Both the position numbers and the translations under genes were made by a program. Shown one piece after another: positions 23,925 to 33,100 of a stretch of 52,142 nt of DNA. The notes beneath the pieces were generated by a model. The model was not told where the DNA came from, made no database searches, and saw only the letters and a program-made list of their open reading frames with translations. The DNA comes from a virus, in IMG/VR virus record IMGVR_UViG_3300045988_100976, one strand, 5' to 3'. Numbering within the stretch: position 1 is the stretch's first letter; each line of letters opens with the position of its first letter.

Positions 23925-25619
23925 ATGCTGAATGTGACAGAAGAAACAAAACTGGCATTTTTGCAGAGTAGCAGCCACAAAGAACTAAATATAACATTCC
24001 CAGACCATGACTTGATCGTTGGAAACGCCAACATTGTTCAAGAAAGCATGGAACTGGAAGAAAGTATTATGTCCGGAAACGATCTTGAATTTATCGGCTG
24101 TGAAAGTAACCGATTCTCTATAGATTTATCCGGCACATTGATTGATATGGACGGTGCACCAGTAACAAAGGATTTAACCGGCACTGATATATCCGTTTCG
24201 ATTAAAGCAAGCGGATCAGAAGAAAGCGTACCGCTATTTGTCGGAACCGTAGTTGAATATGACGGAAAAAGCAACACACGCAAAAAAACAATCACGGCAT
24301 ATGATGCCTTATATTGGCTGGGAGATTCTGTCAAAGGGGAAGTAGACTGGACGGACTACAATACTCTGAAATTTCCTATCACGATTAAAAAATTCAGAAA
24401 CTGGCTATTCGGAAAAGTAGGGATTGAGCAGGAATCCGTCGCGCTTCCGGCAGATGATATAGAGACAAGAGGTCTTGACGATTATGTTTACAGTCAGACG
24501 AGAAAGTACCAGCGTGGAGAACTGTGTAAATATCACGGAAAAGTATACGCAAGAAAGGTATATACCAAGCAGAAAGAGATTAGCTTTGAATCTGCAAAGT
24601 GGTATCAGCCGGCAGAATACAGCAGCACAAAAGTGTACAAATATGGAACAGTAATTGTTAAAAACGGTGCATTTTATCTGTGCAACAAAGACTTTTCGGC
24701 GGCTAAAGAGTATTCAGAGGAAGATTGGTCGGAAATCGAATTTGAAACAGAATACAGCGACGAAAACACGACATACCTTGACCTTATTAAACTGGTGTGC
24801 CAGTTAAATTGCGTATGGGGCAGAATCGACCGCTATGGAAAGTTTACATATATTTTCCCTACACAGCTGACAGAAGATGATTCGTTTTATCCTGGAGCAG
24901 AATCTTTTCTACCAATGTATCCTACCACTGGTATTGATGATTCTACTGGCACTGATTCGGCAAGTAATTCCGTTCACTATGCGCACTACAAGGAAGTGAC
25001 ATACGAGACATACAAGATAAAACCGCTGAACAGGTTCATTGTTCGTGATTCTTCTAAGGATAAAACCAAAGGAAACGTAGGAACCGGAAAGCGGAAGTAT
25101 ATAGTGCAGGGCAACCATCTATTATTTGGTCTTGACAGAATATGGAAAACACAGCTTGCAACGCTTCTGATGGATCAAAATGAGGGTTTCACTTACCAGC
25201 CGTTTGAAGCTGCGACAATGGGGCTACCATATATTGAATGCGGAGACGTAGCAATGTTTTACACCTATGATTTCATCAATTCGGCGCAGCAGCAGAAAGA
25301 TATTTGGGTAGAAATGTCATTTATTATTCTGCATAGAAAACTGACCGGCATTCAACAGCTTATGGATGAGTTGTCTGCTACAGGCGAAAAAGGAAACACA
25401 CATATATCCGGCAGTGAAGCGCAAGTAAACCAAAACTACACAAACACACAGATTCAGAAATTACAGACCAGCCAAAGCTACACTGAATCCAATGTTGAAA
25501 ATCTGAATGAACAGGTGGAACAGTTACAAACAAACGGCTTGAAAGTAGAATCGGTCACAGCACTTCCGGCAAGCCCGGATGCAAACACAATCTATCTGAT
25601 ACAGGGAACGGCAGGTTGA
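23925..25619 (+). CDS. Tail tip / baseplate hub (Tal-like) protein
   Basis: 564 aa, in the expected position. The C-terminal TALPASPDANTIYLIQ motif is common in fibre-attachment proteins. Confidence 0.5.
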   Translation: MLNVTEETKLAFLQSSSHKELNITFPDHDLIVGNANIVQESMELEESIMSGNDLEFIGCESNRFSIDLSGTLIDMDGAPVTKDLTGTDISVSIKASGSEESVPLFVGTVVEYDGKSNTRKKTITAYDALYWLGDSVKGEVDWTDYNTLKFPITIKKFRNWLFGKVGIEQESVALPADDIETRGLDDYVYSQTRKYQRGELCKYHGKVYARKVYTKQKEISFESAKWYQPAEYSSTKVYKYGTVIVKNGAFYLCNKDFSAAKEYSEEDWSEIEFETEYSDENTTYLDLIKLVCQLNCVWGRIDRYGKFTYIFPTQLTEDDSFYPGAESFLPMYPTTGIDDSTGTDSASNSVHYAHYKEVTYETYKIKPLNRFIVRDSSKDKTKGNVGTGKRKYIVQGNHLLFGLDRIWKTQLATLLMDQNEGFTYQPFEAATMGLPYIECGDVAMFYTYDFINSAQQQKDIWVEMSFIILHRKLTGIQQLMDELSATGEKGNTHISGSEAQVNQNYTNTQIQKLQTSQSYTESNVENLNEQVEQLQTNGLKVESVTALPASPDANTIYLIQGTAG

Positions 25620-25623
25620 TGAT

Positions 25624-26976
25624 ATGGCAAGAAAACAATCAAGTACGATATGGTATCAAGGGAATCCACATAAAGAGATATATTTTCAAGGTCATTACCA
25701 CGACAAGATGTATAAGGGAAGTCAGCTTGTGTGGGAAAAACTGGATAATGAATATGCTCCAAACAAATTGTACAGAATATATGATTATGCGACATGGAAT
25801 AACGAAACATATTGTATTGTTGCAATGTATGGTTTCAATCCATCTACCAAAGAACAAACTTTTGAAGATGTATATATAGCCAAATTTAACAGCGAAAAAA
25901 TGTGCCTTGATTTGACTTTAAAAGGATTTTTGACAAGCGATAATTATGATAGTTATTATTTGCACGCTTGCAAAGACGGAATTGTTCTAATCGAATGGGA
26001 TAGCAAATTTTCAAGCACCAATACTGAAAACGAACCTGTAATGAGAATTGCGGATTACCCTTTAAGTAAAAATTCTGTATTTAAAAATATAGGGCAAGGA
26101 ACATTTACAGAAGACGCTACAATCTTTGTTCCGTCTCATGTAAGAAAGGATAAATCGACTGGAACGCATTATTATGCCCCACAATATGTATTATTTTCTT
26201 CTGATTATTATATAAAGCAAACAATAACATCTGAAAATCAAGCGGTCATAACAAAATATAACTATGCAAACGAAGTAATTAAGCAATCAACACCTACTGA
26301 CTATGCAGTAGAAGGCGCAAGGCAATCAAGAGTAAGGAATGTGTTTGAATTGTCGGGAGATAAATATGTAAGTTACGTGACAACATATAATAACACCAAT
26401 ACATCGATGGAAAATATACGAGGTCTTCTTGTAGACAAGGAAATATCATCAAAGGTACAACAAGTAATCGAAGCTACAAGTGATGCTTATTATCAAATAA
26501 TCAACACAAGTAATATGGGTCTTACTAAAATGTGCCAAAAAAGAGTAATGGCAAGATACAAAGATGGCGTAATTTTCTCAGCATTTATATATCCAAAAAC
26601 CGGAACCGGATCAATGTATGTTACGATCAGAAATTATATAGGAAAAGTAGACGGCATATCTATGGTAAATACAGATATATCACCCCATTGTTTTGTTACT
26701 TCTAAAAATTCTATTATAATGGTTCGTTACAACGACAAAATCGCAGATGTATATGAAATAAAAGAAAATGAAATAAAGAAATTTAGCACAGGAATATCTT
26801 TGGGAGTTTCATACACGAGCAGAGAAATATGGATAGCAGAAGATGAAAATAATTATTATGTAATATCTGATGGATATTACGCTGATTCAAACTATTATGG
26901 CTTGATATATGCATTTGACAAAGAAACTTTAAAATTCAGTGGAACTCGTCAAAATATGAAATATAGGTATATCTAA
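25624..26976 (+). CDS. Tail-associated protein, possible receptor-binding accessory (450 aa)
   Basis: Called from its position between the hub and fibre genes. The sequence is Y/N-rich and looks beta-rich. Confidence 0.45.
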   Translation: MARKQSSTIWYQGNPHKEIYFQGHYHDKMYKGSQLVWEKLDNEYAPNKLYRIYDYATWNNETYCIVAMYGFNPSTKEQTFEDVYIAKFNSEKMCLDLTLKGFLTSDNYDSYYLHACKDGIVLIEWDSKFSSTNTENEPVMRIADYPLSKNSVFKNIGQGTFTEDATIFVPSHVRKDKSTGTHYYAPQYVLFSSDYYIKQTITSENQAVITKYNYANEVIKQSTPTDYAVEGARQSRVRNVFELSGDKYVSYVTTYNNTNTSMENIRGLLVDKEISSKVQQVIEATSDAYYQIINTSNMGLTKMCQKRVMARYKDGVIFSAFIYPKTGTGSMYVTIRNYIGKVDGISMVNTDISPHCFVTSKNSIIMVRYNDKIADVYEIKENEIKKFSTGISLGVSYTSREIWIAEDENNYYVISDGYYADSNYYGLIYAFDKETLKFSGTRQNMKYRYI

Positions 26977-26987
26977 AGGAGGTAATC

Positions 26988-29066
26988 ATGGCAAATTACA
27001 CACCGACATTTACAAAACCATACCCTAGCGGCTGGGTTGATAAGCCGTCCAAGACTACACCAGCCACAGCGGCAATCATGAACAGCTACGATACAGCTAT
27101 TGCGGCACTGGAAGCATATCTTAGAGATAATGCGATTGATACGGTTAGAGTTAGCGTAGAGCAGTTTCCATCAGATGGAAGGGAATGGCTTGGAACAATT
27201 ACAGTGGGAAGCAACCAGTATAGAATCTATATGCCATCGCTAAAATATGAAAATTCAGTTTCCGGCGGCATTAAGATAGGAACTATCACTTTGGGAGAAC
27301 AGTCTTTTGACGTTTACGCTCCAGCATATTCCGCAGGTGGCAGTACCGTATCAGTAGTGCCCAAAACGCTTACTGGCACAAATATTGCAGAAATCACAGT
27401 GGATGGCACAACTTATCAGCTTTATGCGCCTACTAGCGGCGGCGGTAGTGGAAGCACCGTGACAGCAGAAGCTACACTGACAGAAGGTACACAAATAGGA
27501 AAGATTACGATTGATGGAACAGAAACAATCCTTTATGCACCGACCGCAAGCCTAATAACTGTAGATGCCGAATTGTCTGCCACAAGTGAAAATCCTGTGC
27601 AGAACAAGGTTGTTACAGCGGAACTTGACAAAAAACTTGAAGTTTTGGGAGATGAATCTCAAGCACCCGATGCAGTCAATTTTGATTTAGATTCTGAACT
27701 TTCTCTAACTTCCGTCAAAGGTGTACAGAACAAGGTTATTGCGGAAGAATTTCAGAAGTATGCAAACGGCACAAAGGTTGTTGCCAAAGCTACAGAAGCA
27801 GAAACAGCAAAAACAGCTGCAAGTGCTACAACCGCACAATCAGCCACAACCGCTGAAAGTGCCACAAAAGCCACGCAAGATGCACAAGGAAATGTAATAG
27901 ACACGACATACGCAAAAAAGACAGAAATTCCACAGGGGGCTGTTGTTGATGATGCTTTATCTTCAACAAGTACCAATCCCGTACAGAATAAAGTTGTGAA
28001 AGCTGAGTTCAACAGGGTAGATAGTAATTTAACTGATTTGAAATATGGGGAAGTAGCAGGTGGAAAGAATCTGTTTACATTAAAAGGTAAAGAGATTCAC
28101 ACTGACAATGTTAAATATGAAGTTATAAACGAAAATAGCGTTTCAATCACTGGCAATGATAATTGTCCTAGTAATCAATGGGTACAGATTGTTGTAAAAA
28201 ACATTAAAGTAAAGAAGAACACAGATTATGTGCTCAGTATTGGTAATGTATCAAATGCATTAAGTGATACTATGTGCGCTGTTGTCAGAACTGATACTTC
28301 TGTAACTATTGGGTCTATGTATAATGTCCAGTCCAATGCGTTAATAAAATTCCATGTAAGGGATTATGATAATGTTTTTATTATACTAAGGCACTCACAA
28401 AATGATTCTTCTGGTGCTAGCAATCACACAATAATTTGGAGTGATTTACAGATTGAAGAAGGCACACAGGCAACCGATTATGAACCATATATCCCGTCAG
28501 TCAAGATGCTTGCAGAAGAAGATGCACAGCAATCCACTGATTTATCTAATTTAAAAGACGGCACAACACCAGTTGCAAAAGCTGTAGCTGACGAAGATGG
28601 GAATAATATAAAAAGTACCTATGCAACCAAAGCAGAAATACCGTCCGCACCATCTTCTTTGTACGAAACAGTAAAAGTTGGTATCACAACAGATTTGTTT
28701 GCAAAATCAGCAACGCAACATTATGTAAACTGTGAGCGCGTAGGAAATATTTGTACACTAAGTTTTTGGTTGCAAGCGACAGCAAGCGTAGATTACAAAA
28801 ATAGGCACGAACTTTTTTATATTGATAAAATACCAAAAAATAATTTAACAATCGGATTCTGCGTAGTGAATTTTAATCAAGCCGTATCAAACACAGCCAA
28901 TAGCGCTTACAACTACATCAACAGTATATCTGTGCAAGAAGATTATAATGCAATTTTAAAAAGAAATGCTTCAAAAGTATATTTATTGCCATATAGAACA
29001 GGAAGCAATATACTATCAAGCGGATATGAAATTATCGGGCAAATTAGCTGGGCTGTTGAAGTCTAA
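26988..29066 (+). CDS. Tail fibre protein
   Basis: 692 aa. Contains the repeat (I)G.IT.(D)G....(L)YAP three times, the NPVQNKVV repeat three times, and an Ala/Thr-rich coiled segment. Confidence 0.75.
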   Translation: MANYTPTFTKPYPSGWVDKPSKTTPATAAIMNSYDTAIAALEAYLRDNAIDTVRVSVEQFPSDGREWLGTITVGSNQYRIYMPSLKYENSVSGGIKIGTITLGEQSFDVYAPAYSAGGSTVSVVPKTLTGTNIAEITVDGTTYQLYAPTSGGGSGSTVTAEATLTEGTQIGKITIDGTETILYAPTASLITVDAELSATSENPVQNKVVTAELDKKLEVLGDESQAPDAVNFDLDSELSLTSVKGVQNKVIAEEFQKYANGTKVVAKATEAETAKTAASATTAQSATTAESATKATQDAQGNVIDTTYAKKTEIPQGAVVDDALSSTSTNPVQNKVVKAEFNRVDSNLTDLKYGEVAGGKNLFTLKGKEIHTDNVKYEVINENSVSITGNDNCPSNQWVQIVVKNIKVKKNTDYVLSIGNVSNALSDTMCAVVRTDTSVTIGSMYNVQSNALIKFHVRDYDNVFIILRHSQNDSSGASNHTIIWSDLQIEEGTQATDYEPYIPSVKMLAEEDAQQSTDLSNLKDGTTPVAKAVADEDGNNIKSTYATKAEIPSAPSSLYETVKVGITTDLFAKSATQHYVNCERVGNICTLSFWLQATASVDYKNRHELFYIDKIPKNNLTIGFCVVNFNQAVSNTANSAYNYINSISVQEDYNAILKRNASKVYLLPYRTGSNILSSGYEIIGQISWAVEV

Positions 29067-29084
29067 GAAAGCGAGGTATAAAAA

Positions 29085-29339
29085 ATGTCAGCATTAGAGA
29101 AAATAACCGATTGGCTCAAACTCGGAAATAAGATAGTAATACCGAAAACATATGCGTCCTGTGTATACGACGCGAACGGAGAGACAGTAGAAGCAAGATT
29201 AAAAGCTTTGCAGAGCCAGATTGATACAGGAGGCAGTAGTATAAAAGCGAGTGGAAATGTTACCTACGGTGGCACAGGGGTAGGTGGTTTGGCTACTTAC
29301 CATGATCTGCAGGCTGCACCTGTACAAACAGCAGAATAA
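29085..29339 (+). CDS. Hypothetical protein (84 aa), possible fibre accessory
   Basis: Strong SD and position after the fibre gene. Confidence 0.6.
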   Translation: MSALEKITDWLKLGNKIVIPKTYASCVYDANGETVEARLKALQSQIDTGGSSIKASGNVTYGGTGVGGLATYHDLQAAPVQTAE

Positions 29340-29356
29340 CGGAAAGGAGATAGAAT

Positions 29357-30088
29357 ATGGCTACAATAATGGGGCTTAATTATTTATATCTGACGAAAGC
29401 AGTTGTAAATTCAACAGGCGCAACAGTGTATCAGTTTGACTTTGATATAGAAAAGGTAAGCACTGCACTTGGCTTGAAGGTTACACAACTTGAATCAAAT
29501 GATGAAAACTATCCATATTATTATCTGATTCATGCAGGGGAGGACACACAGAATGGTGTATTGATTCGTGTTAAACAGAACAAGGATGCTGTTTTTGGGA
29601 ATTTATATGCAAATGGGTCATTTGATAAATCGACATATTATTTTAGTGCTACAAACATTACAACAACACAGCAATGCGTCCTTTATTATAAGAAAGATGC
29701 AAATAGTGTCGTGTTCGGCTTCTCAAAAACAAATGAGGTTCCAAGAATAAGCTGTGCATATTCCGTGTATAGAAAATTAGGAGAGACAGAAGAACACAAG
29801 GGATTCCTCATCAATTATAAAGGAACAAGCAATGCCGGAAGTTGTCTCTTAGTAGATGGTACGATTGATACTATCAGTAGAGGTTCTATTTCAATTGGAA
29901 ATGGTATATTGGCAATGTGTCCAATGATATTTACAACAGCGCAGGTAATTTTTCCGTATGCTTATATCTCACGTATAGATGCTACAGATGTCAACTCAAA
30001 ATATATCGACATGAACGGTAAGGTATATATTAGAGCAGTATCTTACAGTGCAACAGACAACAAATGGCTTGTGGAATTTGATGCATAA
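29357..30088 (+). CDS. Hypothetical protein (243 aa)
   Basis: AAAGGAG SD. No motif recognised. Confidence 0.65.
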   Translation: MATIMGLNYLYLTKAVVNSTGATVYQFDFDIEKVSTALGLKVTQLESNDENYPYYYLIHAGEDTQNGVLIRVKQNKDAVFGNLYANGSFDKSTYYFSATNITTTQQCVLYYKKDANSVVFGFSKTNEVPRISCAYSVYRKLGETEEHKGFLINYKGTSNAGSCLLVDGTIDTISRGSISIGNGILAMCPMIFTTAQVIFPYAYISRIDATDVNSKYIDMNGKVYIRAVSYSATDNKWLVEFDA

Positions 30089-30303
30089 GTAAGAGAAAGG
30101 AAGGAAAACATATGCACAATTCCCACAACTTTGCCACAACTTAGTTTCCCGAAAGAACTGTCGATGAAATTCACTTGAATCTGTCGAAAAGAAGTGTTAT
30201 TGTACAAATACGCCTTGCAGATGTACGCATGGCGCAATCAATCTCTGGCGCGTGGGCTTGTCCCGACAACAGGCTCACGCAAATGTGTGTGAAAGGGGTA
30301 AAT

Positions 30304-30417
30304 ATGGAAGATGAAAAGGAATTTTACAGAAGCGAAATTATTCGGTACGTGAAAAAATGCGATAATACAGATTGGTTATATGTCACATATTATCTGCTAA
30401 AAAAATTACTTGAATAA
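30304..30417 (+). CDS. Hypothetical miniprotein (37 aa)
   Basis: ATG 30304 follows AAAGGGG and a bidirectional terminator follows the ORF. Confidence 0.35.
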   Translation: MEDEKEFYRSEIIRYVKKCDNTDWLYVTYYLLKKLLE

Positions 30418-30420
30418 ATA

Positions 30421-30460
30421 AAAAGGTCGAGGGTTTGTACAATGCCCTCGACTTCTTTTT
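30421..30460. terminator. Bidirectional intrinsic terminator
   Basis: GTCGAGGG/CCCTCGAC stem flanked by an A-run on the 5' side and a T-run on the 3' side. Confidence 0.75.
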
Positions 30461-30833
30461 ACTTCAAAACACTTTCTACAAAATCTTCCAGCCTATTCCA
30501 ATCATCTTGACTTAATCTTGATAGTGCATATAAGAATTTTCTTTTAAAATCATCTTCATCACGTTTCATAACATCAGATAACATGTCAAGCAATTCTTTG
30601 TACTTTTTAGAACTATCAGAAACATATCGTTCTCCAGTTCCATTTACAAGCCATTCTTTATTTACACTACATTTTTCACATATAAGCTCTATAACCGCAT
30701 CTGTAGGGGTTCTTCTTCCACTTTCATAGCTTGCAAGATTGTCATATGATATGCCAAGAAAATTTGCAAAAGTCTTTTGATTTTTTCCGACCTGCGGAAA
30801 AGACTTTCTTATTTCTTTTATTCGATCTTTCAT
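30459..30833 (-). CDS. CI-like repressor (N-terminal Xre HTH plus C-terminal helical domain)
   Basis: The segment KNQKTFANFLGISYDNLASYESGRRTPTDAVIELICEKCSVNKEWL is a typical HTH_XRE. The gene is divergent from the early operon, with operators in between. Confidence 0.8.
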   Translation of the reverse strand: MKDRIKEIRKSFPQVGKNQKTFANFLGISYDNLASYESGRRTPTDAVIELICEKCSVNKEWLVNGTGERYVSDSSKKYKELLDMLSDVMKRDEDDFKRKFLYALSRLSQDDWNRLEDFVESVLK

Positions 30834-30889
30834 TTTTCCCTCCTTTCAATCTTATTATACACATTTTTTGAAAAAAGACAAGAGTAAAT

Positions 30890-30960
30890 ATGTACATTGT
30901 ACATAAATAGTGCTTGACAAATAATGTACGGCGTACTATATTAAGAATGTACAAAGTACA
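30890..30960. promoter_or_regulatory. Three operators TGTAC-N3-GTAC(A/T) overlapping a rightward promoter
   Basis: O1 at 30891-30903 (part of the 15-bp perfect palindrome ATGTACATTGTACAT), O2 at 30925-30937, O3 at 30948-30960. Promoter: TTGACA at 30914-30919, 17-nt spacer, TATATT at 30937-30942. Confidence 0.7.
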
Positions 30961-30977
30961 AGAAAGGAGTTGAGATA

Positions 30978-31235
30978 TTGAGCAGAATAAAGGTTCGTGC
31001 AGTTTCGTTTTTCAATAGGCATTTTGTAAAAAAGAAATTTTTGAACAGTATGTTCGTTGTCCCTTTTTGCAAAGATGGAAAAATGTATCTGCACATTTCG
31101 CAGGTATGCAGAGACGGAACAAGAGTTGTAAAAAGAACATTCCTCATTGAGCATTTGGTTGATGATAACTTGGCGGTTACGAACCAAACGCTCGCAGAAG
31201 AAAAAAGAGTGTTTAAGAATCCTACATTACTTTAA
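30978..31235 (+). CDS. Hypothetical first early protein (85 aa, TTG start)
   Basis: AAAGGAG SD lies 8 nt upstream of TTG 30978. No HTH is evident. Confidence 0.4.
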   Translation: MSRIKVRAVSFFNRHFVKKKFLNSMFVVPFCKDGKMYLHISQVCRDGTRVVKRTFLIEHLVDDNLAVTNQTLAEEKRVFKNPTLL

Positions 31236-31297
31236 TCCATGTAGTGTATCCGCACTATTTCAAGAAAATTATATCACAGGAAAGGAAGTGAATTTAA

Positions 31298-31441
31298 TTG
31301 AGTGAAAAAGAAAAACAAGTTGTTGAAAAACTGAAAGAAGCAATCCCAAAAATGAACGATTTCCAAAAAGGCTATATGCTCGGCATGGTAGAGAGTATGG
31401 CAGGAAAGAAAGAAAAAGAATCTGAACAGGAAAGGAGCTGA
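31298..31441 (+). CDS. Hypothetical miniprotein (47 aa, TTG start)
   Basis: Preceded by copy 1 of the 21-bp repeat, which contains GGAAAGGAAG. Confidence 0.4.
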   Translation: MSEKEKQVVEKLKEAIPKMNDFQKGYMLGMVESMAGKKEKESEQERS

Positions 31442-31445
31442 TGTA

Positions 31446-31604
31446 GTGACGGATTATTCAGAAAAGGTAAAAGATATCCTCTACCAGCAGATGGAAATGT
31501 TGGCAGAGGAAAGTAGAAGAACGGATAGCATAGAAACAAAGCTAAAGATTGCCGCTGAGATAGACAGGATCGCGGACACTTTACTTATTCGGGCAAATAT
31601 TTGA
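31446..31604 (+). CDS. Hypothetical miniprotein (52 aa, GTG start)
   Basis: AGGAG SD lies 9 nt upstream of GTG 31446. Confidence 0.4.
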   Translation: MTDYSEKVKDILYQQMEMLAEESRRTDSIETKLKIAAEIDRIADTLLIRANI

Positions 31605-31773
31605 TTTTTGATTCAATCGATGCTATGTCCCTCTGAATAGCTTTCAATTCAACGAGATTGTTTATGCTTGATAGCTTAGATAGCTTTAATATTGCGCAGC
31701 ACTGATTATCCTTCAAATACCATGCGCAATCATTTTGGCAATCTTGGAAGTTATTTAATGGGCACTTATTCAT
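31585..31773 (-). CDS. Cys-rich miniprotein (62 aa) antisense to the early operon
   Basis: ATG 31773 is preceded by AAAGGAG. Motif CPLNNFQDCQNDCAWYLKDNQCC. Confidence 0.55.
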   Translation of the reverse strand: MNKCPLNNFQDCQNDCAWYLKDNQCCAILKLSKLSSINNLVELKAIQRDIASIESKIKYLPE

Positions 31774-31832
31774 AATATAGTCTCCTTTCTTATTTGATAA
31801 GGGGATTATATCACAGGAAAGGAAGGTAATGA

Positions 31833-32609
31833 ATGGAAACACTTGAACAGAAATTCATTGATAGCAGAGAAGTGGCTGAAATGGTAGGAAAAGAACATAA
31901 CAAATTGCTGAGAGATATTCGGGAATATTGCAATCAGCTTTCACTGTCCAATCTTGGACAGTCAGATTTCTTCACAGAATCAACCTACATGAATGACAGA
32001 GGAAAAGAGTATCCGTGCTACAACGTCACAAAGAAAGGTTGCGAATTTATAGCACACAAACTGACTGGTGTCAAAGGTACAGAGTTTACAGCAAAGTACA
32101 TCAATCGTTTTCATGAAATGGAAGATGTCATTAAGGCACATATTCCTACTGGCAATGAATTGATAGCACTTGCTGTAGTAGAAGCGCAGAAGTTACTTGC
32201 TCAAAAGGAAGAAGAAATAAAGCAGTTAGAAGATTCCATGCAGCAGATGGATAAGGCAATAACAGAACTGACACCGAAAGCCGACTATGCAGACAGGATT
32301 TTATCGTCAAACGACTGCATGACGGTTACGCAGATTGCGCAGGACTACGGCTTATCCGCAGTTTCATTCAATCGGATTTTGAGCCGCGCAGGTATTCAGA
32401 GAAAAGTCGGCGAACAATGGATTTTGTATGCGGAATACCAGGGCAAGGGATATGTGCAGAACAAAACCTACGACTATGAAAAGGCAAACGGAACCACTGG
32501 CACAAAGTTATCTACCGTGTGGACGCAAAAAGGCAGATTGTTCCTGTACAACCGTCTGAAAGAAATCGGGGTTGTGCCAGAAATGGAAAAAGAAGAGGTA
32601 TCGGCATGA
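31833..32609 (+). CDS. Antirepressor (Rha N-terminal domain plus KilAC-type C-terminal domain)
   Basis: N-terminal IDSREVAEMVGKEHNKLLRDIR...CYNVTKKGCEFIAHKLTG is Rha-like. C-terminal MTVTQIAQDYGLSAVSFNRILSRAGIQRK is KilAC/ANT-like. Confidence 0.8.
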   Translation: METLEQKFIDSREVAEMVGKEHNKLLRDIREYCNQLSLSNLGQSDFFTESTYMNDRGKEYPCYNVTKKGCEFIAHKLTGVKGTEFTAKYINRFHEMEDVIKAHIPTGNELIALAVVEAQKLLAQKEEEIKQLEDSMQQMDKAITELTPKADYADRILSSNDCMTVTQIAQDYGLSAVSFNRILSRAGIQRKVGEQWILYAEYQGKGYVQNKTYDYEKANGTTGTKLSTVWTQKGRLFLYNRLKEIGVVPEMEKEEVSA

Positions 32610-33094
32610 AGAAATCGAAAATGTTAGCAATCGCATTAGCCGCTTCACTTGTCCTGTCACAGCCTGTTATGGCAAAGGAAGAAATCAATCCGACACATAT
32701 CAGCGTTGAAGCACAGGTTTCTTGCTATGAATATGGGGAAATGTACGATATCTGCCCGGAGCTTCTTATGGCAATGATTGAAGCGGAAAGCAGCGGAAAT
32801 CCAAAAGCTGAAAATGGAGACTGCAAAGGTCTGATGCAGATTTCAGAGAGATGGCATACAGCGCGCATGGTAGAAATTGGAGCAGATGATATATGGAGTG
32901 AAACGGATAACATTCATATCGGTGCAAATTACCTGCATGAACTGTTCAACAGGTACGAAGATGTGGCACTGGTGCTGATGGTCTACAACGGCGAATCTGA
33001 TGCCGTAGAGAAAGCAGAAAACGGATATATAAGCGACTATGCGCGGAAGATACTTGACAGAAGCGCAGAGTTAGAAAGATGGAAAGGAAAGTGA
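32606..33094 (+). CDS. Secreted lytic transglycosylase (SLT domain)
   Basis: Signal peptide MKKSKMLAIALAASLVLSQPVMA. Catalytic motif AMIEAESSGNPKA...GLMQI. Confidence 0.8.
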   Translation: MKKSKMLAIALAASLVLSQPVMAKEEINPTHISVEAQVSCYEYGEMYDICPELLMAMIEAESSGNPKAENGDCKGLMQISERWHTARMVEIGADDIWSETDNIHIGANYLHELFNRYEDVALVLMVYNGESDAVEKAENGYISDYARKILDRSAELERWKGK

Positions 33095-33100
33095 TTTAGT

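Noticed and set aside
26988-29066. A diversity-generating retroelement or retron acting on the fibre gene
   Set aside because: No reverse transcriptase ORF exists anywhere in the 52 kb, and no template-repeat copy of the fibre 3' end was seen.
29568-29750. The 60-aa alternative-frame ORF inside 29357..30088, and similar ORFs (23768..23971, 39397..39630, 49598..49831)
   Set aside because: They are internal out-of-frame ORFs without SDs and are judged spurious.
30201-30230. A distal fourth operator for the CI-like repressor
   Set aside because: Only isolated TGTAC(A) half-sites are present (TGTACAAATAC and ATGTACGCAT). The full TGTAC-N3-GTACA dyad is absent.
30936-31187. Minus-strand ORFs 30936..31187 and 30941..31147
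   Set aside because: They overlap the operator/promoter region and the SD-supported plus-strand ORF. They have no SD and an AT-driven composition.
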